The position numbers and the translations under genes were made by a program. 24,000 bases of DNA from Ignatzschineria indica (GTDB lineage Bacteria > Pseudomonadota > Gammaproteobacteria > Cardiobacteriales > Wohlfahrtiimonadaceae): positions 28,152 to 52,151 of the forward strand of contig NZ_QEWR01000008.1 of assembly GCF_003121925.1 (NCBI RefSeq). The letters run 5' to 3'. This document shows, piece by piece, positions 1 to 9,138 of the stretch; position 1 is the stretch's first letter, and each line of letters begins with the position of its first letter. Under the pieces are notes generated by a model. It worked only from the letters and a program-made list of their open reading frames with translations. It searched no databases and was not told the DNA's origin.

Positions 1-207
1 CGGTTCACGATGACCTTTATGTTTATCAACCATTCCTGGCTCTAAACCACCTCCCTGAACCATAAACCCAGGGATAATACGGTGGAAAAGCGTACCATTA
101 AAGTAACCATCTTTCGCATACTGGAGAAAGTTTTCTGCCGTAGCCGGTGCTTTCTCATGATTTAATTGAATGGTGAAATCACCCATTGTGGTATGGAACT
201 TAAGCAT
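1..207 (-). CDS. ppiB: Cyclophilin-type peptidyl-prolyl cis-trans isomerase, cytoplasmic PpiB-like (truncated at window edge)
   Basis: Reverse complement translates as [59 protein letters not shown]..., with the cyclophilin [13 protein letters not shown] motif and no signal peptide. Start CAT at 205-207. Confidence 0.9.
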   Translation of the reverse strand, partial: [69 protein letters not shown]

Positions 208-347
208 TATAAATACCTCTTTTATGATAGATCTAATCGCTACGATAACCAGCGAAAATTATGATTATCGTTAGCTGAATTTACTTGAATCTCTTTCGAT
301 TTTAAAATTTTATTCTAAATTTGTTTTAACCAGTACCAATTGTAACA

Positions 348-827
348 CTACTCTTCCGGCAATACTTTATGAAGCGTGTAATCAAAGGGCCCTTCATTCT
401 CAATACGCTTCCCCTCTTTATCTGCAGGGAAGAGAATATTTTCACCCACAAAGTAGCGAAGCTTCCCATCAGGTCCGCCATCAGTCCCCTCTAAGGTAAC
501 CACTTGGCCCGCTTTGTTCCACGTGAAACGCCCTGATTCATTAAAGGTTTCATCTTTTCCTTTAACATCGAGGTAGGTCTGTTTAAGGTCATAACCACCA
601 TTGTACTCAAGCGTTAACTCAACATCGATGCCGCTACAATCGGCACAAGGATATTGTCCCTTATAAACCCCGGCATAATCTAATGCACTTTGCGCTGAGT
701 GCTCTTTATCAAACTCAACGGCACTATTTTCATCAATAGTTGCAGGAGTAACCTCTTTATCATTACATGCAGCCAGAAGAAGCGTAGCACCTAATACAAT
801 CCATAATTTTTTCATTTTTTCCCTCAA
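348..827 (-). CDS. NlpE N-terminal domain-like (copper resistance/envelope stress) lipoprotein
   Basis: 159 aa; lipobox LLLAAC after a hydrophobic signal; YKGQYPCADCSGIDVELTL CxxC motif typical of the NlpE family. Probable start is the internal MKKLWIV at 815. Confidence 0.8.
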   Translation of the reverse strand: MREKMKKLWIVLGATLLLAACNDKEVTPATIDENSAVEFDKEHSAQSALDYAGVYKGQYPCADCSGIDVELTLEYNGGYDLKQTYLDVKGKDETFNESGRFTWNKAGQVVTLEGTDGGPDGKLRYFVGENILFPADKEGKRIENEGPFDYTLHKVLPEE

Positions 828-856
828 TAGCGATCGGCAATTTATGCCGATCTATC

Positions 857-882
857 TGCTGTTAAATTTTGCTGTTAAATTT
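857..882. repeat. 13-bp tandem duplication TGCTGTTAAATTT x2
   Basis: Two exact adjacent copies upstream of the NlpE-like gene. Confidence 0.85.
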
Positions 883-902
883 GGTCAGTAAGTGGCGGTG
901 CA

Positions 903-938
903 GTTCTTTCATATGTTCTTTCATATGTTATTCCATAT
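903..938. repeat. 12-bp tandem repeat GTTCTTTCATAT x3 (third copy diverged)
   Basis: gttctttcatat gttctttcatat gttattccatat. Confidence 0.85.
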
Positions 939-1024
939 ATTAATTAACTGATTTCTCTATCGATTTGTCTACCAACTTGTCTATTAGACTCTCTTGTTAC
1001 TAATCGATCCACCACAAACTTCTA

Positions 1025-1609
1025 CTACGGTTTTTCAACAAACTTAACACTTTCAATAACGACTGGCTCTACCGGCACATCTTGATGCCCTGCTTTTGAG
1101 GTGGTTTTAACCTTCTCAATCTTATCGATCACATCCATTCCTTCAACAACCTTTCCAAATACGGTATAACCATAACCATCCTGACCAGGATAATCTAAGA
1201 AAGTATTATTCTGCGTGTTGATAAAGAATTGGCTTGTCGCTGAGTTAGGATCCATTGTTCGTGCCATTGCAATAGTGCCACGCTCATTCTTCAATCCATT
1301 ATCAGACTCGATCTTAATAGGTGCCCCACTCTTCTTCTGTTTCATATCCGCATCAAGACCACCACCTTGCACCATAAAGCCATCGATGACACGATGGAAA
1401 ATCAATCCATCATAATAGCCATCATCAACATAATTTTTAAAATTTTCAACGGTAATAGGCGCTTTTTCAGGATCGAGCTCAACGACAAAGTTTCCTTTAG
1501 TTGTATCCATTTCCACATAGAGATGAGGTGCAGTTACTGCTTCTTCTGCCATAACAACCCCTGAAAAGAGGCTAGCTGCTAATGCACCCGCTAACATTAA
1601 TTTTTTCAT
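1025..1609 (-). CDS. ppiA: Periplasmic peptidyl-prolyl cis-trans isomerase (PpiA-like)
   Basis: Signal peptide [23 protein letters not shown] followed by a cyclophilin domain ([27 protein letters not shown]). The ORF begins at 1648, but the signal peptide Met at 1609 is the likelier start. Confidence 0.85.
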   Translation of the reverse strand: [194 protein letters not shown]

Positions 1610-1815
1610 ACTGACTCCTAAATCAAAAATTTTTCCAAGTGAGAACAATCATTTGGCATCTGTTCTCAACTCTTCTCTACCCTATATAGAAGGGATGATC
1701 TCCCTTAGCGAAATGATCACTAAAGAAATGTTCTTACATCACTTTTAGGTAAGAGTAATCGCAACAATCCATCACGACAATAACTCCCTACCGCCAAACA
1801 GCTTTACAGTCTACT

Positions 1816-1859
1816 TTATAACCTATTTATAACGTCTTTATAACGTACTCATAACATCT
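1816..1859. repeat. 11-bp degenerate tandem repeat x4
   Basis: ttataacctat ttataacgtct ttataacgtac tcataacatct. Confidence 0.75.
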
Positions 1860-1992
1860 TCCAAATGTTTTTTGTAACGTCTTTACAATATCTGCTCGAT
1901 TACAAATTGAGCTCTATTATAACTTAATATCGTCTTTTTAAACGATTTCAAGAGTAAATCACCTTTTTTCTAAGATTATTTTTCCAAATAGT

Positions 1993-2025
1993 AAAAAAAA
2001 TGGTGTCATCGTTCAATGACACCAT
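1993..2025 (-). terminator. Rho-independent terminator of the efpL/yeiP-like gene
   Basis: atggtgtcat (2000-2009) / atgacaccat (2016-2025), perfect 10-bp stem; an A-run on the plus strand gives a U-run on minus-strand RNA. Confidence 0.8.
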
Positions 2026-2061
2026 CTCTTCTATTGAGCTTCAGTAAAGCTCTATTTAAAT

Positions 2062-2088
2062 CTAATAAAGCTAATAAAGCTAATAAAT
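2062..2088. repeat. 9-bp tandem repeat CTAATAAAG x3, adjoining the efpL stop codon
   Basis: ctaataaag ctaataaag ctaataaat, then ctaat containing the stop codon (2089-2091). Confidence 0.8.
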
Positions 2089-2658
2089 CTAATTTGCTCG
2101 ACTTGAATACTCTCTTGTATCGGTATTGACAACAATTTTTGTCCCATTTTCAATATATTCAGGTACTGAAACTGTGATGCCTGTCGAGAGCTTTGCCGGC
2201 TTATTACGTTTTGTCGCACTCGCCCCTTTCAATTCAGGTGCAGTATCAACCACTTCTAAGACCACCGTTTGAGGAAGAGAGAGCGCAACAGGAGCTTCAT
2301 CCACTAAAGAGACATAATAACCTTCAATCCCTTCAAGAATAAAGCCAGCATCATCACCTACTAACTTTTCGCTCAGATAATATTGACTGTAATCTTCACT
2401 ATCCATAAAGACAAAATTATCACCATCTTTATAGGAGTAGGTCGCCTCTCGTTTTGTTAATTGCACATCCTCTAACTCATCATCAGCACGCAAAGAGAGA
2501 TCGACTTTATGATTATCGGGAATTGAGAAGATCTGTATTCTAAAAGTGGTATTACCACCTCTTGCTGTCGGTGCAGATTTCTCCACATCACGCACTAAGT
2601 AATAGAGATTATTATATTGAATCACATCGCCTCGGCGTATCTCATTTGCTTTCTTCAC
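2089..2658 (-). CDS. efpL: Elongation factor P-like protein (EfpL/YeiP family)
   Basis: KKANEIRRGDVIQYNN..., loop SAPTARGG, and C-terminal LPQTVVLEVVDTAPELKGASATKRNKPAKLSTG...VPEYIENG. The ORF track opens at a TTG (2679); a GTG at 2658 preceded by GAGGAG fits the family start better. Confidence 0.9.
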   Translation of the reverse strand: MKKANEIRRGDVIQYNNLYYLVRDVEKSAPTARGGNTTFRIQIFSIPDNHKVDLSLRADDELEDVQLTKREATYSYKDGDNFVFMDSEDYSQYYLSEKLVGDDAGFILEGIEGYYVSLVDEAPVALSLPQTVVLEVVDTAPELKGASATKRNKPAKLSTGITVSVPEYIENGTKIVVNTDTREYSSRAN

Positions 2659-2830
2659 ACAGCTCTCCTCAATTACCAAAAATTAATTATAGATTGATTA
2701 CAAATCAGCTTAATATCCGCTTGATATCCGTTTAATTATAAGTTAACCGTAAGAATTTATCATCAGACTTATTGATCTGACATCTTAAGAGCAAGTTTCT
2801 ACGCTCCTCTTACAATCTGATAATTGACGA

Positions 2831-3103
2831 TTATGATTTATGATCTCTTGGATCGATATCAAAATAATCTAAACGTTTCTTTAAAGTTGAGCGCGTAATT
2901 CCTAATATCTCCGATGCTTTTGATTGATTACCATCGGTATACTCCAATACCTTCTCAAATAGAGGTCTCTCCACCTCATTGATCACTAAACGGTAAAGAT
3001 TGGGAGGATACTTTCCATCTAACATACTGGAAATTTCGTCTAATGCTTCCTTTACTGACTCACGCAATGGAATATGATCTTTAAGACGCTCACGAGAAAT
3101 CAT
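2831..3103 (-). CDS. fis: DNA-binding protein Fis
   Basis: 90 aa ending in the Fis-type HTH VLEYTDGNQSKASEILGITRSTLKKRLDYF; located downstream of dusB as in other gammaproteobacteria. Confidence 0.92.
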   Translation of the reverse strand: MISRERLKDHIPLRESVKEALDEISSMLDGKYPPNLYRLVINEVERPLFEKVLEYTDGNQSKASEILGITRSTLKKRLDYFDIDPRDHKS

Positions 3104-3306
3104 GCTTACTACTCCTAGAATATCTATCTAATTAATATATTAAGTAAATGAAGTATTACCAAGCCACAGCTCAACAATACTCAGTAAAAAAAAGAGAATA
3201 CCTATCTCGCCTACAATAGATGTTTAATGGTAGATTTTGAGATAGATACCTATTTACGCTATAAAACAGACCTAACTAATTTTTGATTTGTTAAGAACCT
3301 ACATAT

Positions 3307-4257
3307 CTATATTTGATCTAAAAAAATTCTTGCTACCCATTCAAGTTGCTTCTCCGGAATCTTCTCTCGCAACATCGCACTACGCCACTCAGTCGGAATC
3401 TCTCTCTCGCCGAGGTACCAAAGAAGATGTTTTCGAGCAACACGAATTCCCTTCTCTACGCCATAAAAGTGGTGCAAAGCAGAGATATGTTCTAATATCA
3501 CTTGGTAACGCTCTTCAATGGTAGGGAGATAGGGTTGACGCTCGATTAAAGAACGAAAAAGCCAAGGATTACCTAAAGCACCCCGCCCTATCATAATGGC
3601 ATCCGCCTTCGTCATCTTTAAGACCTGTTCTGCTTTCTCTAGTGAATCGATATCACCATTAGCAATCACCGGTATTGAGATCGCCTCTTTAACCTTTGCG
3701 ATCGTTTCATATTCCGCTTCACCCAAAAAACGATCTTCACGTGTTCGCCCATGAATAGCCAAAGCTTGAATACCGATCTCTTCTGCCATCTTCGCAATCG
3801 TGATCGCATTCTTATTCTCTCGATCCCAACCAGTTCGAATCTTTAAGGTCACCGGAACATCAACAGCGGCAACCACAGCTTTTAAGATCTCTGCCACTAA
3901 AGGTTCATCCTGCAATAGTGCAGAACCCGCCGCTTTTTTACAGACTTTTTTTGCCGGACAACCCATATTGATATCTACAATCTCGGCGCCATTTTCAACA
4001 CTAAATTGAGCTGCAGCCGCCATCATTTCAGGATCATACCCCACAATTTGGGCGCTGACAGGAGAGAGCTCTCCTTTATAAATAAGGCGTAACTGTGATT
4101 TTTCAGTCTCCCATAGCTCAGGATTAGCATTCACCATCTCGCTTACCGCAAGACCGGCACCAAAACGCCGACAAATCTTACGGAAAGGAAGATCCGTTAC
4201 CCCCGCCATAGGTGCAAGCACATAGGGCGATGATATATGATAATTCCCTATTTTCAT
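3307..4257 (-). CDS. dusB: tRNA-dihydrouridine synthase B
   Basis: [52 protein letters not shown]; dusB-fis synteny. Confidence 0.95.
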   Translation of the reverse strand: MKIGNYHISSPYVLAPMAGVTDLPFRKICRRFGAGLAVSEMVNANPELWETEKSQLRLIYKGELSPVSAQIVGYDPEMMAAAAQFSVENGAEIVDINMGCPAKKVCKKAAGSALLQDEPLVAEILKAVVAAVDVPVTLKIRTGWDRENKNAITIAKMAEEIGIQALAIHGRTREDRFLGEAEYETIAKVKEAISIPVIANGDIDSLEKAEQVLKMTKADAIMIGRGALGNPWLFRSLIERQPYLPTIEERYQVILEHISALHHFYGVEKGIRVARKHLLWYLGEREIPTEWRSAMLREKIPEKQLEWVARIFLDQI

Positions 4258-5144
4258 TACGATCTCTTAATGCCGTAGAGCCTTGTCCAACCGTCTAAAC
4301 TTTTATTCTCTTGAAACTCAAATTGATCCCGATAAGCACTCTTAACAAATTCTGCATCATGATCTAAGAGCCCCGCTAACACAAGATGCCCGCCTGGCTC
4401 AACTAAATTCCCCAATATTGGTGCCAATTCTACTAATGGACCTGAAAGGATATTGGAGAGAACAACCTTTGCTTTAGGGGGAGAGAATGATTCTGGAAGT
4501 GCGGCATAAATCGAAACATTATTACGCTCTGCATTCTGTTCTGTTGCATAGATCGCCTGCTTATCAATATCGGTGCTATAACACTCCTTCGCTCCCAATA
4601 ATTTGCCGGCAATTCCTAAAATACCAGAACCACACCCATAGTCGATAATGGTGGCATTCATCAACTGATCTCGATTATCAGAGAGCCACTCTAAACAGAG
4701 TGCCGTTGTCGGATGCGTTCCCGTCCCAAAAGCAAGCCCGGGATCTAAGCGAACTGTTGCAACCTCTGGCTCAGGTGATGGCAGATGAGTTGGACAGATC
4801 CAGAGATTCTCACCAAATTTAATCGGTTTATAGTGATCTTGCCATGCTCTAACCCAATCTTTATCTTCTAATTCATGTGTCTCCACAATCGGAAGATAGG
4901 GCTGGTCTAAATAACTCATCAAGAATGCCTTAATCGCTTCAACATCACAGGGAACTTCATAGAGCCCTGTCACTAACGTTTCACTCCATAATGGTGTTTC
5001 ACCTGGAAGTGGTTCAAATATCGGCTCGTCACTACCATCTTTCATGGTGACAGCAACTGCCCCTGACTCAACGAGCGCTTCATCGAGCACCTCCGCCGTC
5101 AAGCGCGCATCAGCTTTTAGAGTTAATTCAAACCATTTATTCAT
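4257..5144 (-). CDS. prmA: Ribosomal protein L11 methyltransferase
   Basis: [17 protein letters not shown] and [17 protein letters not shown]-binding motifs. Start [11 protein letters not shown] at 5144; its stop overlaps the dusB start by 1 nt (TAATG). Confidence 0.95.
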   Translation of the reverse strand: MNKWFELTLKADARLTAEVLDEALVESGAVAVTMKDGSDEPIFEPLPGETPLWSETLVTGLYEVPCDVEAIKAFLMSYLDQPYLPIVETHELEDKDWVRAWQDHYKPIKFGENLWICPTHLPSPEPEVATVRLDPGLAFGTGTHPTTALCLEWLSDNRDQLMNATIIDYGCGSGILGIAGKLLGAKECYSTDIDKQAIYATEQNAERNNVSIYAALPESFSPPKAKVVLSNILSGPLVELAPILGNLVEPGGHLVLAGLLDHDAEFVKSAYRDQFEFQENKSLDGWTRLYGIKRS

Positions 5145-5320
5145 AGCTTCACCACATGTCACTAATTTTATTAAGGGGAGAATACTAGCTAAGATATGAA
5201 ACATAATCAAGCAAAAGAGCGTAGAGCAAATTGCGATCAACTTCTTAGCAAGGCATAGATCATAACAAAATTCTCTAGCTATTTGCGCATTTTTTTTACG
5301 GTATATTCTATAAAGCCCTA

Positions 5321-5345
5321 AAAAATGGGAGTTATTCCCATTTTT
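5321..5345. terminator. Perfect terminator-like hairpin (bidirectional) in a divergent intergenic region
   Basis: aaaaatggga-gttat-tcccattttt: perfect 10-bp stem flanked by A-run and T-run, between divergent prmA and sdhE. Confidence 0.6.
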
Positions 5346-5539
5346 AAGATGTGATGATTGAGTCCCTACTTCACGATCAAATATTTTAGATCTTAACGCG
5401 CCGGCACTTTAAGCACTCGATAGTTTTTCGAATACTTAAATCAATCTTTCCCCCTCTTCTTAAAAATTAGATATCGAAAGTAGTCAATACTTAGTAGGAT
5501 AGAAGCAGACTAAAAGAGAGAGGATCGCAAGAAGATAGC

Positions 5540-5574
5540 GAGATAGATAACGAGATAGATAACGAGAAGATAAC
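5540..5574. repeat. 12-bp tandem repeat GAGATAGATAAC x2 plus a shortened copy
   Basis: gagatagataac gagatagataac gagaagataac. Confidence 0.85.
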
Positions 5575-5814
5575 TTGGAAAATAATATTTCTAATAGATA
5601 TCTTAATATCTCAATCGCCTGGCATTAAAAGGGGAGAGTTAACTCAGCCTCATTAAACGCTCTATAATGGTGACATGATAAAAAGAGCGATAATATCTTC
5701 AAATCGATCTAGCTCTTCCAATCACTTTGAGTCATCAATATTAGTTTTAAATACTCAAACTTGAATACTTAATTTTAAATATCTAGCTTTCTATATTAAT
5801 AGGAGACCAATGTA

Positions 5815-6069
5815 ATGGATAATAAATATGATCTTCGGAAAATAAAATGGCGTTCTCGTCGTGGTATGCGTGAGCTCGATGCGCTTTGTGATCGTTATCT
5901 TGAAAACCACTTTGAAAAAGCACCTGATAGTGAAAAAGATCTCTACCTATCACTTCTTGAGATGCAAGATCCTGAACTCTATTCCCTCTTAATGCATCGG
6001 GCAGAATACCCTACTCCAGAAATTAAGGCATTAGTACTAAAGATGAATCCTGATGTTTTAGAAGATTAA
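5815..6069 (+). CDS. sdhE: FAD assembly factor SdhE (succinate dehydrogenase assembly factor 2 family)
   Basis: 84 aa with KIKWRSRRGMRELDALCDRYLENHF...; RGMxE motif typical of SdhE/YgfY. Confidence 0.93.
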   Translation: MDNKYDLRKIKWRSRRGMRELDALCDRYLENHFEKAPDSEKDLYLSLLEMQDPELYSLLMHRAEYPTPEIKALVLKMNPDVLED

Positions 6070-6164
6070 GGAAAAATATCTATGTAGAATATCTACTACA
6101 ACACCCTTACTGATTATCAAAATAGTAATTTGTAATAGATAAATAAAATAGATAGATAAAAGAA

Positions 6165-6191
6165 GAGCCCAACAGTTAAACTGTTGGGCTC
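6165..6191 (-). terminator. Terminator of tRNA-Thr copy 1
   Basis: gagcccaacag-ttaaa-ctgttgggctc stem immediately 3' of the tRNA on the minus strand, followed by a T-rich tract. Confidence 0.75.
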
Positions 6192-6197
6192 TCTATC

Positions 6198-6273
<76 letters not shown>

Positions 6274-6298
6274 TTCTTAAATTTAATCAAGAAGTGGA

Positions 6299-6327
6299 AT
6301 TATAGAGTTCTTCATCAAAGATGTCAA
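6299..6327 (-). promoter_or_regulatory. Consensus sigma70-type promoter of tRNA-Thr copy 1
   Basis: Minus strand TTGACA (6327-6322), 17 nt, TATAAT (6304-6299); tRNA 5' end at 6273. Confidence 0.85.
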
Positions 6328-6513
6328 ACTTTTATTGAAGATACTTTGCATCGGAAGCACTATCTAACAACATAAAAGTAAAAGCTAAAGGAAAAGGTAA
6401 AAAATAAAAGATAAAAAAATCTTAAATTCTTCATTTTTAACCAATAGTACTTGAGCTAAAACCCAACAAAAAATAAGATGTAATTAAGTGCAGGAAAGAG
6501 TAGGAATGCAAAA

Positions 6514-6540
6514 AGCCCAGCAATAAAACTGCTGGGCTTT
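6514..6540 (-). terminator. Terminator of tRNA-Thr copy 2
   Basis: agcccagca ... tgctgggct stem (6514-6522/6530-6538) with an A-run at its left (U-run on minus RNA). Confidence 0.75.
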
Positions 6541-6545
6541 CTAAC

Positions 6546-6621
<76 letters not shown>

Positions 6622-6637
6622 TAAACTATATTTGAGG

Positions 6638-6666
6638 ATTATAGAGATGAAGATTCAGCCTGTCAA
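6638..6666 (-). promoter_or_regulatory. Consensus sigma70-type promoter of tRNA-Thr copy 2
   Basis: Minus strand TTGACA (6666-6661), 17 nt, TATAAT (6643-6638). Confidence 0.85.
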
Positions 6667-6706
6667 CAACTGCCTAACAATCATTCATTTTGATGTCAAT
6701 ATTCTC

Positions 6707-8647
6707 TTATTCTTGATCTTTTAAAGCACGAAAAAGTGCATTCTCCACACTATAGGCAGCTCGACTAAAATTACGATTCGCCTCTATAACAGCAGCATCA
6801 CGCGCATCAAATACCCCTTCTTGTGCATAATGCTTTAAAATTGCAGCGATCTCAGGACGCGACTCCATCTTTCGATAGTTAAGTGCGGCATCTGCTGCAA
6901 ATTTTCGATAACTCTCTTCAATCCATTCATGCCTATGGCGATTAATCCTCTTTAACACAACTAAAGAGTAGAGCCCTGTTGTTTTATCAAGATGAAAACC
7001 TAAATGCGCCGGCTGAAAATCTAAGCTACGCCAAAAAGCGAAGAGATCTGCCGTTAAACCGAAACTCACTGAGAGAAAATCAAGATTAAGAGAAGAATCG
7101 CTCTCAATTGCCGATATCATTTGTGCACCAATGCCTAATCGCCGAAAAGAATCTACTACAGAGATACGAGAAATCCGTACAGATCGTGCAATCATAGCTT
7201 CAGGAAAATAACTCTGCCCTGCTAAAATTTGGGGGACTAAATTTCCACGAGGACGCCTCTCGCCCCGAAATAGAGCTATAGCAAGCTCTTCCGATAATCC
7301 CCCTTCAACAATGCCCCATGTTGCCCCTATCAGTTGAGATTGATAAAACGCCAATACAAAGAGTTGATGAGGCGAATCAAAGAGTCGTCTTAAATCTTGA
7401 ATATTTGTTTGATAATGAGTCTGATTAAGAAGGTGATAGAGCGCAGCAAGCTTTTGCCGATCTTCTCGCAACAATCTGATATTCTGATCATTATAGAGCT
7501 CTATCTTGAGCGCCTCTTGAAGATCCTCTTTTTTAGGAGTGAAGAATGAATCTTTTAGATCGTAATCACTTCTCTTTGTAAACCTCATTGCATCAACTAA
7601 CTGCGCTAAAGAATCCCGATGATCAAAACGGTGGATCTGCTGGAGCTGGTACTGCTTCTTAATCGTGACAAGATCATAGAGTTTTTCTCGTAATCCTTGC
7701 CCTGTCCCCTCATAATTTTCCACCGAAGAGATCATCAAAACCTTACAAAATCGCTTCACTAAGCGCTCAAGGTGAGAAAGTGGCATCTTTGCTGCCTCTT
7801 CAATAATTAAGGTTTGATTCCAAACCTCTCCCTCTTTAATTCCTAAAAAGAGCGCATCAGGCGCTCGGAATTGGTAATCTTTCAATGATTGATACTGCTC
7901 GATCGCTAACTGATTCGGTGCCGTTAAGATAAAGGCTTCAGGATCACTTGCGATCAAGGCCGCACCTAATGCCGATTTTCCACTTCCCCTTGGCGAAAAG
8001 AGGGTAAAAACTCCCGATGCTTCTGCAAGAAAATCGCTATAGATCGCTCTCTGTGCTTCTGTTAAAACGAGAGAGGGAGAGTTCTTTTTTGTTTCTATCA
8101 TCGAAAGAGATCTCTTAACATGATGCCCCGCTTCTTCCACGAGAGAAAAATCTCCCCCTAACTGTGGCGCAAACCACTCACCTCGCCAATAACGATATGC
8201 ATAATTGACTAACTGCTGTGAGAGGTAATGATCGAAATAGGGAGTCGGTATCATCACATCGTGAAAACGTTGACTCTCCTTCTTACCTAAAGGCTCTGTT
8301 GCTAATAACAATAGTGTGCCATGCGCGCCAATAGTTGCAGCAATCGAAAGAAAATAATCGAGAGGAAAACCTTCTCGAATATCTAACAACACCGCCTCTG
8401 TTGTTGCTCCTAGAAAGTGTCGAGTCGCCTTTAGAGGCGCAGCTTGATACTGCTCTTGTAGCAAAATATCATCTGAGAAGAGAAGCGCTTGAGGGTAGAC
8501 CTTTTGAAAAGCGGGGATCACCACCGATAATGGTTCTGCCACTAAATCGATTGAATCGAGATAGATCACCAAGACCTCTCGAGATCTTCCCTCTAAAACA
8601 CCCTGTAAAAAAAGATCTATCTGTTTTCGATCCAATTTTCGATCCAT
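6707..8647 (-). CDS. tmcA: tRNA(Met) cytidine acetyltransferase
   Basis: 646 aa; Walker A-like SPRGSGKSALGA, LIIEEAAKMPL, and a GNAT-type region ARSVRISRISVVDSFRRLGIGAQMI. Confidence 0.92.
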   Translation of the reverse strand: MDRKLDRKQIDLFLQGVLEGRSREVLVIYLDSIDLVAEPLSVVIPAFQKVYPQALLFSDDILLQEQYQAAPLKATRHFLGATTEAVLLDIREGFPLDYFLSIAATIGAHGTLLLLATEPLGKKESQRFHDVMIPTPYFDHYLSQQLVNYAYRYWRGEWFAPQLGGDFSLVEEAGHHVKRSLSMIETKKNSPSLVLTEAQRAIYSDFLAEASGVFTLFSPRGSGKSALGAALIASDPEAFILTAPNQLAIEQYQSLKDYQFRAPDALFLGIKEGEVWNQTLIIEEAAKMPLSHLERLVKRFCKVLMISSVENYEGTGQGLREKLYDLVTIKKQYQLQQIHRFDHRDSLAQLVDAMRFTKRSDYDLKDSFFTPKKEDLQEALKIELYNDQNIRLLREDRQKLAALYHLLNQTHYQTNIQDLRRLFDSPHQLFVLAFYQSQLIGATWGIVEGGLSEELAIALFRGERRPRGNLVPQILAGQSYFPEAMIARSVRISRISVVDSFRRLGIGAQMISAIESDSSLNLDFLSVSFGLTADLFAFWRSLDFQPAHLGFHLDKTTGLYSLVVLKRINRHRHEWIEESYRKFAADAALNYRKMESRPEIAAILKHYAQEGVFDARDAAVIEANRNFSRAAYSVENALFRALKDQE

Positions 8648-8827
8648 CCTTTTCTTCCCTTTGAGTATCTAATGCGGCTTAATACAGCATCATTTTTTAA
8701 GAGCTCTTACTCTATGAGTATATCGATCAATATCGATTAGTATCAATTGGTGTCGATTGGTGTCGATTCAAATCGCTCCATTAAGATCGATTGTAAATCA
8801 TCGATAACATATTTAAACAGATATAAA

Positions 8828-8853
8828 AAAACCTCCCAATTTTGGGAGGTTTT
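8828..8853 (-). terminator. Terminator of the tRNA-Lys genes
   Basis: aaaacctcccaa-tt-ttgggaggtttt, directly 3' of tRNA-Lys copy 1 on the minus strand. Confidence 0.8.
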
Positions 8854-8859
8854 AATAGA

Positions 8860-8934
8860 TGGTGGGTCATGAGGGATTCGAACCTTCGACCAATTGGTTA
8901 AAAGCCAACTGCTCTACCACTGAGCTAATGACCC
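8860..8934 (-). tRNA. tRNA-Lys(TTT)
   Basis: Reverse complement GGGTCATTAGCTCAGTGGTAGAGCAGTTGGCTTTTAACCAATTGGTCGAAGGTTCGAATCCCTCATGACCCACCA; anticodon TTT. Confidence 0.98.
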
Positions 8935-8947
8935 TAAATCGAAAATA

Positions 8948-8975
8948 ATTATAACCGATTTAGTAGACTTGTCAA
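8948..8975 (-). promoter_or_regulatory. Promoter of tRNA-Lys copy 1
   Basis: Minus strand TTGACA (8975-8970), 16 nt, TATAAT (8953-8948). Confidence 0.8.
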
Positions 8976-8976
8976 C

Positions 8977-8992
8977 TTATCAGATCTGATAA
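8977..8992. promoter_or_regulatory. Perfect 16-bp palindrome TTATCAGATCTGATAA
   Basis: Self-reverse-complementary sequence starting 2 nt from the -35 hexamer of the tRNA-Lys copy 1 promoter. Function inferred only. Confidence 0.45.
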
Positions 8993-9021
8993 ACACTACA
9001 AGCACTCTCTTCAGGTAAATT

Positions 9022-9096
9022 TGGTGGGTCATGAGGGATTCGAACCTTCGACCAATTGGTTAAAAGCCAACTGCTCTACCACTGAGCTAATGACCC
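9022..9096 (-). tRNA. tRNA-Lys(TTT), identical second copy
   Basis: 75 nt identical to 8860-8934. Confidence 0.98.
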
Positions 9097-9110
9097 TGAG
9101 AAGAGTTAGT

Positions 9111-9138
9111 ATTATAAAGCTATTTTTATTAGCGTCAA
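9111..9138 (-). promoter_or_regulatory. Promoter of tRNA-Lys copy 2
   Basis: Minus strand TTGACG (9138-9133), 16 nt, TATAAT (9116-9111). Confidence 0.75.

Noticed and set aside
8335-8664. 109-aa plus-strand ORF antisense to tmcA
   Set aside because: Lies wholly opposite the confident tmcA reading frame; low-complexity composition and no recognisable domain.
8733-8746. Near-FNR box TCGATTAGTATCAA upstream of tmcA
   Set aside because: One mismatch to consensus within a stretch already full of ATCGAT/CAAT-like repeats; likely chance.
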